From assembly GCA_951406725.2 (NCBI GenBank), contig OX597814.1:105958001-106022000 (forward strand): DNA of 64,000 nucleotides, read 5' to 3'. The translations under genes were made by a program, and so were the position numbers. The notes under the pieces are model-generated. The model searched no databases, had not been told where the DNA came from, and saw only the letters and a program-made list of their open reading frames with translations. Source of the DNA: Octopus vulgaris (Eukaryota). Shown in pieces: positions 27,210 through 40,864 of the stretch (its first letter is position 1; each line of letters starts with the position of its first letter).

Positions 27210-27534
27210 TTCTGCTCTTCAAATCTATCTTTGATATCGCTCGTTTCTCTGGCAGTTTATCTCTCACTTCGCTCTTCTATGAATATATGTTATAAACTCA
27301 AGCATTTTGATGTATGTGTTAAACATTTGGCTGACGTAGTTATCATTTAGGACAATTACTAAGTTGACTACCTTTGGAGGCGATCGATGGCTATTGTGAC
27401 TGAACACGGTTATGAGTGAGTTTAGGCGGATGTCAGGGTTTACCGAGGTAAGTCAATAGAAGCTGCAAAGCATTCCACCACGAATAATAATGGCGACCTT
27501 TGGTATGAGGAACACATATCTTCAGAACTAATAA

Positions 27535-27752
27535 TCCTTTCTTTCTATAGGCACAACACGTGAAATTTCGAGGCGCAACAGCTGATCGATTACATCGACC
27601 CCAGTACATAACTGGTACTTATTTTATCAACCTCGAAAGGATGAAAGGCAAAGTCGAACTCGGCGAAATTTGAATTCGGAACGCAAAGGCGAACAAAATG
27701 CCTCTAAGCATTTTGACGGGCGTGCTAAATATTATGTCAGCTCGCCGCCTTA
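27535..27752 (-). mobile_element. SINE family A copy
   Basis: cgaaaggatgaaaggcaaagtcgaactcggcgaaatttgaa...cagctcgccgcctt. Confidence 0.8.
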
Positions 27753-28096
27753 TTCAGGACTAATAACAAAATAGACTTGAGCACCGAGAGGAAGCGGACC
27801 GAATTTATGAATTCGTACAAGACACCTAATCAAACAGTCATTTAGTCTGTTTTCTTTTTTAAATTAAAGTAACGTTTTTAATAGCAACAGTCTTGTTTTA
27901 ACTTTAAGGACGAAGTTGTTAAAGATTCTGAAAAAGACCTACAAATAATAACTACACAGCTGCACTTCTATAAACTCGTTACAAATCGATTATGTCGTAG
28001 ACAATGTCGATAGGAAGGATTACCAGAAAAATAAACCAACACCAAAATAAAAGAATAAATATACATGTATATATCTATAGATGAAAGGCTTCAGGC

Positions 28097-28351
28097 TGCC
28101 AGAATTGCTTAACGGTATATCGTCTGCCGTTACGTTCTGAGTTCAAATTCCACCGAGGTCGACTTTGCCTTTCATCCTTTTGGGGTCGATTAAATAAGTA
28201 CCAGTTACGCACTGGGGTCGATATAATCGACTTAATCCGTTTGTCTGTCCTTGTTTGTCCTCTCTGTGTTTAGCCCCTTGTGGGTAGTCAAGAAATAGGT
28301 ATTTCGGCCGTCTTTACGTTCTGAGATCAAATTTCCGCCGAGGTCTACTTT
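28097..28351 (+). mobile_element. SINE family A copy plus the start of a second module
   Basis: gttctgagttcaaattccaccgaggtcgactttgcctttcatccttttggggtcgat, matching 31670-32297. Confidence 0.85.
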
Positions 28352-28354
28352 GTT

Positions 28355-29965
28355 AATTTCTTGTTTGCCGTTCATCTCTCTGCAACGACACTGAAACATA
28401 AGCTCCATCCCACGCAGTGCATTTACTGCATCGTCGAAACCTTGGTCCGTCTTCTCTTTGAAGAAACTCAGTCGTGCATTTTTCTATGCACCTCTTCACA
28501 TCCACTTTCAATTCGTCTCTGTCCTTTGTAGCTTTTCATTGGATCGATCAGTCAAAAGTCAGAAGGTGCCAGATCCATGCCATACGATGGGTGGTAGCCA
28601 ACTGACCAGCGCAATTTACTGATTATCTGATTCGTTGCCAAAGATGAGTGTGGTTGCGCATTGTTTTGGTGAATCTGGACCGTTTTCAGATTATTATTCG
28701 TTTTCTTCCTCCTAATGGCTTCTTTAAAATGTTTAGTGCCTCAATGTGCCACTCGCAGTTGCCTGCAGAACCATGTTTCAGAAAATCAAGTTAAAACACG
28801 ACCCTTCCATCCTCAAAGAGCTGTCATCATGACTTACTGTGTCGACAGCAGGCTTTTGGATGTCTAACATCTTGGAGAAGAGGTATGACATCATTCCATA
28901 GACAAATCCATGTCTCTGGATCATAAACACACGCCCCCCCACCACCGTTTCATTCCCTGCCACCATATCGCAAAAATGTCTTAACCTGCTTCAAAATCTT
29001 CCAACAGATCAAAGCATATTTCCAAACTTCTCTGCTTCAAATCAGATCACAATACCGAGAAACCTACTTTGTGTATCTTTAACCTAACCCACAGACTTCT
29101 ACAATCTTCTGACCAGTGTCCAGTTGTGTAGCATGCTCATAGTTCGTGTCTGGTCCGTTCCCATGAATCATTTCGTCCACTCACCCGTAATTTGTGTCTG
29201 TTGTTGCTGCTTGTTTGTTTGTTTGTTTGTTTGTTTGTTTGTTTGTTTGTTTGTTGAGCGAAGCGGTTTTCGTCCCAGAGCTCGCAAGATCGCGCCTCAG
29301 GATTAGTGGGAGAAGTCCGAAACGTGGTCCTTTGCTATTCGTAAGACCCGCAGAAGAGAAAGCAGCTCAACCCCCTATACCGAGTGCATCGACGGATGGA
29401 TGAATGCACATCCAGGCTCAGCTGCGTAGGAAGTCGGGGACAAGAAACAAGAAGAAAGAGTGGGAGAAAGTTGGAGCGAAAGAGTACAACAGGGGTCGCC
29501 ACCACCCCCTGCCGGAGCCTCGTGGAGCTTTAGGTGTTTTCGCTCAATAAACACACACAACGCCTGGTCTGGGGTCCTCCGACCGCGAGTCCGCTGCCTT
29601 AACCACTGGGCCATTGCGCCTCCTGTTATTGCTGCTGACGTTCTCTTACTACATGGTTCCTCTTTAATACTCGTTTCCTTGTCTTTAATCTTCATCCATC
29701 AGTACACGTTGTTATTCTCCATGTTTTCATAAACGGACATGTGACCTTCTGTCAATGTCGGACTGTCAACAGGCGTCCTTCGCCAAGAGATTAATGACGG
29801 AACATTGTTACAACTTGTAACACATTATTTGCCCACAATAAAGAAGAATAAGAAGAGTTGCTTCAAAGCATGGGTTACTCTAAAAACATGAGCAATTCAA
29901 AAGACCCACGTCAACTAAGAAAAAAACGTTAGTCCAACCATTACATTACTTTCGCTAGAACGTCC

Positions 29966-29968
<3 letters not shown>
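28355..29968 (-). mobile_element. Decayed mariner transposon interrupted by a SINE
   Basis: Minus-strand motifs MVAGNET (TGDETW-like), HQNNAQPH (HDNARPH-like) and HPSYGMDLAPSDF. Ends at a TA run near 29970; boundaries approximate. Confidence 0.7.
29212..29623 (-). mobile_element. tRNA-derived SINE with (AAAC)n tail and 13-bp TSD
   Basis: Head ggaggcgcaatggcccagtggttaagg. TSD tgttgttgctgct (29199-29211) and tgttattgctgct (29624-29636). Confidence 0.85.
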
Positions 29969-30007
<39 letters not shown>

Positions 30008-30010
30008 ATA

Positions 30011-30240
30011 CTTTATTAAAAAGCAGCAAAAATATCACAAAACTGTTACTCAGAGTTTCACGTTCCCGTTCGTCAGACACTTTTGTTTAGAAATAAAATT
30101 ATCCGAAGAAAGGGAACGTGAAACTCTGAGTAACAGTTTCTGTGATATTTTTGCTGCTTCTTAATAAAGCATATTGCTCTACTTTTGGTATTCGAGTACT
30201 ATTTTTACCACCTTGTTTCGTATTTATGTGTTTACTCTGG
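30011..30240 (+). mobile_element. Penelope-like fold-back pLTR insertion in (TA)n (arms about 30011-30075 and 30103-30169, then an unpaired tail)
   Basis: Inverted arms each carrying an HHR; TA/TG microsatellite flanks. Confidence 0.8.
30044..30079 (-). ncRNA. Minimal type I hammerhead ribozyme; degenerate mirror copy on + at 30100-30135
   Basis: ugu-CUGACGA-acg-ggaa-cgu-GAA-acuc-u-gagU-A-aca: complete core, 3-bp helices I and II, near-palindromic helix III typical of Penelope-associated minimal HHRs. Confidence 0.8.
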
Positions 30241-30265
30241 TATATATATATATATATATATATAT

Positions 30266-30631
30266 ATCAAAATAAGCAACAAGGATATCCAAGGTAGTGT
30301 AGTACAATCGTTTCATGCTACTTCATTTTATTAAACACTGTAAGTATTACATCGGTTTTAAAATGTCGAGCAATCTTCAGCCACATATAGAATTTTTTTA
30401 ATTAAATGGACAATGGCTGAAGATTGCTCGACAATTTAAAACTGATGTAATACTTACACTGTTTAATAAAATGAAATAGCACAAAACGATTGTACTACAC
30501 TACCTTGGATATCCTTGTTGCTTATTTTGATTATAATCATCCCATTTGATTTATATGGATAATACCATACCAAATTCTGGTGCCTTTAACTTAAATACCA
30601 TATTCATCTGAAACTAAATTTTGCTGAACTT
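30266..30631 (+). mobile_element. Second Penelope-like fold-back insertion (arms about 30266-30383 and 30414-30531, tail to 30631) in (TA)n
   Basis: Arms are reverse complements; related to 12858-13724; TA runs on both sides. Confidence 0.8.
30298..30385 (-). ncRNA. Type I hammerhead ribozyme with elongated helix II; mirror + copy at 30414-30499 has GAAA changed to AAAA
   Basis: ugugg-CUGAAGA-uugcu...cauuuua...uguaa-uac-uuaca...uaaaaug...agcau-GAA-acgauugU-A-cuaca. Confidence 0.7.
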
Positions 30632-30878
30632 ATATATATATATATTATACACATGTGTACACGGACTCACACACACATGCGTATATAATGTTATAATGTG
30701 TAATAAGTACATCTGTGGCCTTACGTGTGTACAGGTGTGTATATTTTGTTCATAGTAAAGTTCCTTAATGAGAGAGTTTATGCGCGTCTTTATTCATTTT
30801 TAATCTTGTCAATTCTTTGTTGAACACGTTATGTTAATACACTTGCAACCCATAAAGACGTGATGGTGCTATGTTGAA

Positions 30879-30931
<53 letters not shown>

Positions 30932-31148
30932 GGATGATGATGCTAGTGGGGGGATTATATGTTGGTGAAGAAAACAATTTGGATGATAATGACAATAAGG
31001 ATAACAACAACAATAAAAAAAAACAACAGCAACAACAACAACAACAACAACAACAACGGCAACAACAATAATTTCTTTTATCCTCTACAGAGGCAAGGAA
31101 TGAGGAGGATATTATATAGAAAGATAACACAAAGGATGGGAGCAATAT

Positions 31149-31232
<84 letters not shown>

Positions 31233-31669
31233 GCAATAATAACAACAATCACCGCAACCACCGCCACTACTACTGCAGCAGCAGCAGCAGCAGCAACAAC
31301 GAACATAACTTATTTGGATTTTTTCGAAGATCTTCAATTTTAATTTCGAAATCTATGGAAATAAGTATTGATTTGATTCCATCGAATTAATTAGAAATAT
31401 TAGAGAAACTAATTAAGGAGATTGTGTATTTGTATCAATTTAATCTGATGAGATGTTGGGGGTTTGTGTTTTAAATATTTACTGAGAAATAAATGTCGCA
31501 TGACGGATCAATTTGGCAATAATAACGAAACATTAAAGACCGTTCGTGCTAAGCTGGTTCTTAATCACCGATTCTTAGCCAGAAATTCTCAAAAATTAAA
31601 ACACCACAGAAAAAAAGTTCGCACACATCACTGCATATGGCACGCGGGATAATATAAATGTGTGACTAC

Positions 31670-32297
31670 GCGGCAAGCTGGCAGAAACGTTAGCAGGCCG
31701 GGCGAAATGCTTAGCGGTATTTCGTCTGCTGTTACGTTCTGAGTTCAAATTCCGCCGAGATCGACTTTGCCTTTCATCCTTTCAGGGTTGATAAATTAAG
31801 TACCAATTATGCACTGGGGTCGATATAATCGACTTAATCCGTTTGTCTGTCCTTGTTTGTCCTCTCTGTGTTTAGCCCCTTGTGGGTAGTAAAGGAATAG
31901 GTATTTTAAGGCGGCGAGCTGGCAAAAGCGTTAGCACGCTGGGCGAAATTCGTAGCCGTATTTCGTCTGCCGTTACGTTCTGAGTTCAAATTCCGCCGAG
32001 GTCGACTTTGCCTTTCATCCTTTCGAGGTCGATTTAATAAGTACTAGTTACGCACTGGGGTCGATATAATCGACTTAATCCGTTTGTCTGCCCTTGTTTG
32101 TTCCCTCTGCATTTTGTGGGTAGTAAAGAAATAGATATTTCGTCTGCCACCACGTTCTGAGTTCACATTCCGCCGAGGCCGACTTTGCCTTTCATCCTTT
32201 CGGGGTCGATAAATTAAGTACCAGCTGCGTACTGAGGTCGATCTAATCGACTGGCCCCCCTCCCCCAAAATTTCGGGCCTTGTGCCTAGAGTAGAAA
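31670..32297 (+). mobile_element. Head-to-tail cluster of three SINE family A modules
   Basis: Repeated ggcggcgagctggc...gttctgagttcaaattccgccgaggtcgactttgcctttcatcctttcggggtcgat at about 31670, 31909 and 32136. Confidence 0.88.
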
Positions 32298-32755
32298 TAA
32301 ATATCAACATGTGACTGGTTTGGTTTATTTTTCATCTAAAACCATGTAATGTATAATAACGACTTTGTGTTTCCCAAACTGTTGCCTGTTTCTACCATTC
32401 CTTTATTATAAGGAATTTAAATAAACCCGAGGACATTTCCTACCCACCATTCCAGAATCATGATGTCTTAGCTATCAGGTATCCTGTAAAAAAAAAAAAA
32501 AGAAAAGAAACACATTCTATGTTTGCTGGTTGAATTTTAACCAATTTATCATTGAATAACTTCAATGGAAAACTGGCTTCAAACTCCCTTCTCCATTCGT
32601 ACAAACCCCAACTTTCTGTCTGTGTGTGTGTACATACGTATGTATATTTGTACATATGTATGTATATTTATACATACATACACATACATACATACGTATA
32701 GATAGAAATATAGATAGATTGATTGATTGATAGATAGATAGACTGACTGAGATAA

Positions 32756-32788
<33 letters not shown>

Positions 32789-32805
32789 TAGACAGACAGA
32801 CAGAC

Positions 32806-32916
<111 letters not shown>

Positions 32917-33104
32917 TAATGTTTCTTTAAAATATTTATATTCATATGAAAATAAAACTAAATTCAGAAAATATTTCTTCTCTCAAATTTTCTTAAAACT
33001 CGTTTTATTTTTAAACTTGGAACATTTCTTCTGGAGGACTCTCACTACATCTCTCTCTCTTCTTCTTTCGCTCAGTCTTTCCTTGTCTCTCCCCTCCCTT
33101 CCTG

Positions 33105-33139
<35 letters not shown>

Positions 33140-33159
33140 CTAGACCATCATTTTAGCTA

Positions 33160-33685
33160 GAAGAAGAAGAAAAAAAAAAGAAGAAGAAGAAGAAGAAGAA
33201 GAAGAAGAAAAAGAAGAAGAAGAAGAAGAAGAAGAAGAAGAAGAAGAAGAAGAAGAAGAAGAAGAAGAAGAAGAAGAAGAAGAAGAAGAAGAGGGGGAAT
33301 GAACGAGGGGAAGGAGGAGAAGAAAAGTCTTCTATATGAAAATCATTGACGGGTTCATTTGGGAAATGATCTTAATTGGATTTGATCTTTGGATTGGATT
33401 GATGCAAGGGTGGGGGAGATGGGGAGGGGAAAATACAAACAATCAGAAAAAAAGCTTAAGTTGCTAGTAATGATGACAACAGTTAAATAATAACAATAAA
33501 AACAGTCATGATGATGATGATGATGATGATGATGATAATGATGATGATGATAATGATGACGGTGATGATGTTAACGATGACAGGACGCTGAGGATGATGA
33601 CAGCGATGGTAAAAATGACGGGGATGATGATGATGATGGGAAGATGATGGCGGTGATGACGAGAAGAAATTAAATATAGACAATT

Positions 33686-33738
<53 letters not shown>

Positions 33739-33849
33739 CATATACACACACATATATATATATACATATATATATGTACATACATATATATGTATATATA
33801 TTTATATACATACATATATATATATATATCTATATATATATATATATAT

Positions 33850-33923
<74 letters not shown>

Positions 33924-34612
33924 TGTATATGTATATATAGATACATATATATATATATATGTACATATATATATTTCATTCGTTTGTTTTGTCTGCAAAT
34001 CTCGTTCCGTTCTCGAAATCTCTGATCAAGTCTTATCCATCATCGCAAACACTCTTCTCTTTTACATCTTCCAAACGTCTTTAAATGAAATATAAATAAA
34101 TAAATAAACAAATAAATAAGTAAAAAAAAACAAACACAATAATAAATACATATAAATTTTTTTTTAAATATACCAAAATAAAGATGAAAAAATTGCCATG
34201 TTAGATTATTACAGCTTTATTTATTTTTTATGTATTTATCCCTTTGTTTGTTTACGTGTTTATCGTCCCCCACCCCTCCACCTTTCGGCCACCACTTCGA
34301 TCTCAGCCTAGTCCCCCACCCCACCCCTCGGCAACCCTAAGGCGATATCAATGCATTATTCATCCTTTGAAACGTTTTACCGATTCCAACCAATCTGTTT
34401 ATATTTATTATTTGATGACTTTGGCAAATCGACGATGACAACAACAACAAGAACAACAACAACAGCAGCAGCAGCGACAGCAACAGTAGCAGCAGCAGCG
34501 GCAGCAGTAGCAGTAACGGCATCACCGCCGTCGCCACTAACACCAGAAGAGAAAGAAAAAATATGACTGCTTTTGCTGCTGCTGTTGTTGATGATGATGA
34601 TAATGACGACGC

Positions 34613-34663
<51 letters not shown>

Positions 34664-34715
34664 CGGTGACGGTGATGGTGATGATGATGATGATGTTGAT
34701 GATGATGACGATGAC

Positions 34716-34768
<53 letters not shown>

Positions 34769-35198
34769 CGATGGTGACGATGATGGTGGTGACGATGATG
34801 ATGACGATGGTGACGATGGTGATGATGATGATGACGATGGTGATGATGATGATGACGACGAGGATGACAACGATGATGATGATGATGATGAAGGTAACTT
34901 TGTTAATGACAAGAACGATGATGGCCGTCATGGTATTGGTGATGGTGATGGTGATGATGTTGATGATAATTATATAGGTGATGATGATGATAATGATAAA
35001 GAGGAGGAGGAGAAGGAGGAAGAAAAGGAGGAGAATAATGATGCATGTGATGGAGCAATTATGATGGTAATAACGTTCATGATGACGCAATGATGGTGGT
35101 GGTGTGGTGGTGGTGGTGGTGGTGTGGTGGTGGTGGTGGTGGTGAGAATGATGCGATGATGATGACGGTGCTGACGATGAGGGTGATGATGAGGTTGA

Positions 35199-35232
<34 letters not shown>

Positions 35233-35487
35233 GGTGACACAGTGCAAGTAGATATAGAAATACAATTGCCAAATGATGAACATCAACCACAACAACGACA
35301 ACAGCAATATTATCGCAAAATAAACCTACAAATATACACAAATACACACGCACACACACATACACGCACACACATATACACATATACTCTTATACACGAA
35401 TACACATACACACTCGTACGTACAAATATACATATGCCCATACACACACACACATATACAAATATACAAATATAGCCAAACAGACAC

Positions 35488-35531
<44 letters not shown>

Positions 35532-35856
35532 TCACACATTCCAAAGAATAAACAAGAAACATACTTACCAACGAAAACAAAAGAAAAAAGGTAAAAAACC
35601 TCAAAGATCCTTCTTTTTTATTTTTTTCTTTATTTCGATTTCGCTACTTATTTTTCTTCTGTTGTTTTTTTTTGTTTTGTTTTGTTTCTGTGTGTTATTT
35701 ACCATTTGTGGGATATAAGGTAGAATTCTGTTATGGCGTAAGACCACTTAAGAAGACTATGAATATTAAACAGATCTTGTTTGCTTTTCAACTAATAAGT
35801 CTTTGGGAAAGGGTTAATATTCGGAGAGAAACAAACAAATAAATCAGAAGAATACA

Positions 35857-35919
<63 letters not shown>

Positions 35920-35972
35920 GGTGGTGGTGGTGGTGGTGGTAGTGGTGGTGGTGGTGGTGGTGGTAGTGGTTG

Positions 35973-36016
<44 letters not shown>

Positions 36017-36412
36017 GTGATGATGTTCATGGTGGTGGTGGTGCTGGTGCTGGTGATAGTGGTGGTGGTGATGATGATAAAAAATTATAAAATAATGCAA
36101 GGAGAAGAAGAAGAAGAAGAAGGAGGAGGAGGAGGAGGAGGAGGAGTAGAAGAAGAAGAAGAAGAAGAAGAAGAAGAAGAAGAAGAAGAAGAAGAAGAAG
36201 AAGAAGAAGAAGAAGAAGAAGAAACTTACTGGAAATCTTGGAAATATTGACGAGAATCTAAAAGAGATTTCAGCTTTGACAATGGTCGACTGAAATTCGA
36301 AGAATCTGCTTTGTTCTTTTGTTTTTTTTTCTCTCTTTTATGGTTTTGGCACAATTTTATTTTACCTCCGAGAAATTCTATTAATAATGATGTATACATC
36401 ACACACGCACAC

Positions 36413-36451
<39 letters not shown>

Positions 36452-37660
36452 CACACGTGTGTGTGTGTGTGGATGTACTTTTATTCATTTCTGTGGAAGA
36501 TTTAGGAATAAAAAAAATTGTGATAATTATACTCGTAGCGATAATATTAATATCAATAATGAATGGCAATCATAATAATAATAATTGCTTCTCCTGTTTC
36601 TCCTTCTCCTTCTCCTTCTCCAACTACTACCACCATTGCTACTGCTGCTGCTGTTACAACTACTGCTATAATAGTACATGTTGCATGTGAGTGAAACAAT
36701 CAAATATAAGTGATAAACAAAAACAAAAATATTATGATGATGATGGTGGTGATGAGGAGGAGGAGGAGGAAGAAGAAAAAGAGGAAAATGATGAAAGAGA
36801 AGAGAAAGAAATAAGATGCACATGTATAATATGAAGGAAGAGGAGATGAGATATTGGAGAAGAAGAAGAAGAAGAAGAAAAAGAAGAAGGAGAAGAAGGA
36901 GATGAAGAAGAAGGAAAAAAAGCAGAAGGAAAAGAAGAAGAAGAAGAAGAAGAAGAAGAAGAAGAAGAAGAAGAAGAAGAAGAAGAAGAAGGAGAACAAG
37001 AAGAAGAAGAAGAAGAAGAAAAAGAAGAAAAAGAAGAAGAAGAAGAAGAAGAAGAAGAAGAAGAAGAAGAAGAAGAAGAAGAACGAGGATATATTGATAG
37101 ATATGTGATCGTGACTACGAAAGCCGCCATGTGAATGGAAGCAAGCCAGGAATATGGAAAGTATTGGTGAAGTTCTTTTCTAATTCCATTTGAAATTCCT
37201 GCTTCTATTATCTTCATATAGGATGGTAAACCTCCCGGTCTACATGACTGGAATAATTAACTGCTTCCTTCGCTTCCAGCTAATCCTTTTGCCAATTGCA
37301 ACGTTTCATGGCCGACTGTGAACAAGGCTCGGCTCTTCTTGTTGTATGTACACTTTTCGAACGATCAGAGGCGAAGACCACCACCATCACCACTACCACC
37401 ACCACTACCACCACCACCACCACCACCACCACCACCGCCGCCGCTACCACCGCCGTCACCACCACCACCATCACTACTAGCAACAACACTCACTGACAAT
37501 GGCACCTCCAACATCACCACCGCCAAACATCACAATCAACATTACCACAACCACCACCACCACTACGACCACCACTGCCGCCGCTACCGTCACCACCACT
37601 ATCATCACCAACACAAAAATCGAAAAACCTCCCACCACTACTGCCGGTACTACCACCATC
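33160..37660. repeat. Cluster of trinucleotide microsatellites (GAA, GAT, GGT, CAC, GGA) interspersed with TA/CA runs
   Basis: Directly visible; produces spurious poly-D/M/H/K/S ORFs in several frames. Confidence 0.9.
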
Positions 37661-39775
37661 ATTGCACTGTTCGTCCACTTCATAATGTTGTCCGCAGTTG
37701 CAAAGATTAACTTCCACACAATTCACCGATACACTCTTCAATTCAGCTATGCTGCCACTGCTTACACTTCACGCATAAAATCGAAGACCTTGCAGAATGG
37801 ATAGAATATCTATACTTAATGATATATCTTATGTAATTTATCGCATATAGTTATTTATATGTAATTCGGTGTTCGGAGCGGGCAGTTACATACAGAAGCT
37901 GCTATTTCAGTCTGTAAGGAACTCTCCATCCTTTAAGATGTAAATGAATTTATGTCAATTTTTGTCTTGTAGAGATTTTTACCTTTAAAATTCATAATGA
38001 AATTTAATTGTAAAGTACGAATGAAGGTAGGAACTGAAACGTGCGTAAGCGATATGAAATTCACTACTATTGTGTAAATAAATTGGTATAGCTACTTACA
38101 TTTAGACTGTTGCTTATTAAATCCGTTCAACTACGCCACAACGTAGCACTAGGGTTCATTTTTTTATTGTCCAAAACTAGTTACACGTTCACTAGCTTAT
38201 CTGTATTCAGGCTGAGATTAAGCCACGTCGATCGAACCAATCTGGGAGGGTTAAAAAAAATTAATTGGATTGTTTTTCTCTTCATCTAATTAGTGTAAGG
38301 TTAGTTTTGTAAAGGGAACTTACGTTCGATACAATGAATCCTCTGGAAACGTAAGATCGACCGAAGTTGAACTTCAAACCGTAACTGAATGCTTAGCTGT
38401 TTCTTAGAATGCTTTCAGCTTCAGATAGTTTAATGGAAATCCAAAAGAGAAGTTGTGCTGTTTATTAAGATTTGTTTGTCAGGATTAAATGATCGTTGTT
38501 GTTGTGAAGTTGCAGGTTAAATTTTGTTGCGATTTGAATTATTCAACAAAGTCTTCGATTTTATCGTTAAATGGAAGCGAGTGAGACTTTGTTGTATTCA
38601 ATAATTTCATAAAACCAACTTTGTCTTGCCTAAATTAGAACTTTTAATGGAAACTTGTTTCTTGATATAATTTTGCAGAGCTAAAAATTTAATGAGCCAC
38701 TCATTATTAATAGTAATTAAATATTTTCAATGTAACAATGTTAAAGATTTAACTTTGCAATTGTCAAATATAGTTTATAATGTTAAGGAACTGGCATAAT
38801 TTTGCTGTCTACAAAACGTTCTTTATCGCTATTCGTCTCACCACCGTCGTTTCAACCTTCTTTCGCATACATAAATAGTTCTCTAGAACGACAGAATGCA
38901 TCTGAAGATGAACTAAGAAGGAAATTTTTATGTGGTCACTCGATTTGCTAGACATAGCAGTCAAATTTCCATCAAATCATACTAACATCGTAGTAAGAGC
39001 AAAACTGAAGTGTTTCTGCAATATCTTAAAGTAGCCGTTTACTATCTGTAAGGGAGTGATGCAGGGCCCTGTGCTCACCTTCGTCCTTTTCAAGAAGTTA
39101 TTTATGTGTGTCCTTAATTATGTTCTATATGATTTTAATCAAGGAGTCTACTTGAGATGTAGACTGCATAGCTCTTTCTTTGATTCTGGAAGGCCGCAAC
39201 GTGACCAAAATGACAGGTTCTTATTTTGAAATGTCGCTTGCTGATGACTGCCCTCCCACAGCACTTCTGAAGTTGTCATCGTCAACAAATTTACAGAGGG
39301 TCCTGTAAATATTTTGAATCCACAATTAGCCTCAGCAAATCAGAGAATTTCAATCAAGACACTCCATAAACACCACCACTACCTCCGAGTGTTTGAATGG
39401 AAGTCACCATGTTAAAGGTTCTCATCTTCCTCAAGTACGTTGGAAGATAAGAGATAACGACAGCCTTTTGAGAAATCAGAAAGTAAATTGCTAGAAACAA
39501 CAGCACAGTTTGCCAAATAATGACGGGTAGATGTTCGAGGTAATAACGACATCAAGATGGACCTCGCTTAATATTCTGAGACGAATAAATCTTTGTAACA
39601 GTAATTAAACGGAAAATATCACATTGTGTTATAAACTATTCTGTACATAAAATTACAAATGAGGTTGCCTCTACGTGGCTCACCTAACTGCTGGTAATAG
39701 CACTCAAATCACGCACACATTACCATTTTCGAAAAGGAAGAAACATTAAAAATATAGGCTAAAATTCAGCACATA

Positions 39776-39993
39776 CGACGGGTTGCAGAAAAGTTCCTGG
39801 CTTTGAATAAAAGAAAATACAGGAGGATCAGTTAATTATAATTTTATTCAACATAATCCCATCTCAGATTCACAATACTTATTGCGGCGATCCTTCAGTT
39901 TTTCTAAGCCCTGCAAAAGAACTCCGAAGGTTGGGCTTTTCACCAGGCTTGTTGCAGTACCCTTAAAGCCAGGGACCTTTCAGCACCCCCTCG
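39776..39993. mobile_element. Mariner-derived MITE (~218 bp)
   Basis: TIRs cgacgggttgcagaaaagttcctggcttt and aaagccagggacctttcagcaccccctcg; left TA intact. Confidence 0.75.
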
Positions 39994-40798
39994 TTTACTT
40001 ATTCTTCATTATACTAATGCTGAGGAATGGTTCGGCTGGTTGCTTTGAAAGGTAAAAAGACGCGAAGAAAGAGAGAGAGAGAGAGATGGGGAGAGAAAAA
40101 GGGAGAGCTAGAGAGGCGGAGAAGAAATTGGAGGGGTGTGAGTGGGGCAATGTTGTTTTTTGTTTTTCCTCTTATTGACAGAATTAAAGAAAACAAGTGT
40201 AAAGAAGTAAGGATATCATCAAAAGTAGATTTGCGCTTCATGGAAGTTTTGGCTTAAACCAGGAAAAAAGATGTGTCTGGCTGTCATTTCGTTGCCATGG
40301 TTACTACTCAGCAACAAAGTAAGGAGATAGACACAATGGAATAAGCTGTGTGTCCAATATACATACGTTAACTGATGTTTATATATACATACATACATGC
40401 GTACATACATATACACACACATATATATATACTTATACATGTATGTATGTATATATATATATGTCTATATACTTATAAATATATAATGTATATATTATAT
40501 ATATTTAAACAATATATTAATCATATATATGAGAATATATATATAATGTATATATGTATGTAGGCATTATCGTTTGTTTTTGTATTTGTATTTGTTTTGC
40601 AAGAGTCTTGATACAAAATATATGGCTTAACTCGTCCTGTGGTTATATCCACAGAGTGATATTGCTGATCAAAATACAGAAACGGGTTCATGTGCACTTC
40701 TTTATTCAAAATGAATTAGGGAATTAATTACTACAATGTGCTTCAACACGTGATTTCCGCCAATAATCAAGCGATGAAAATGCAAAAAGTGAAAACAG

Positions 40799-40864
<66 letters not shown>

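Noticed and set aside
34337-35383. Long poly-Asp/Ser/Ile ORFs that could be read as an acidic biomineralisation-type protein
   Set aside because: Imperfect (GAT)n/(GGT)n microsatellite open in all frames; no signal peptide, splice structure or unique domain.
38030-38052. GAAACGTGCGTA resembling an HHR helix III half
   Set aside because: No matching CUGANGA with helix I was found nearby.
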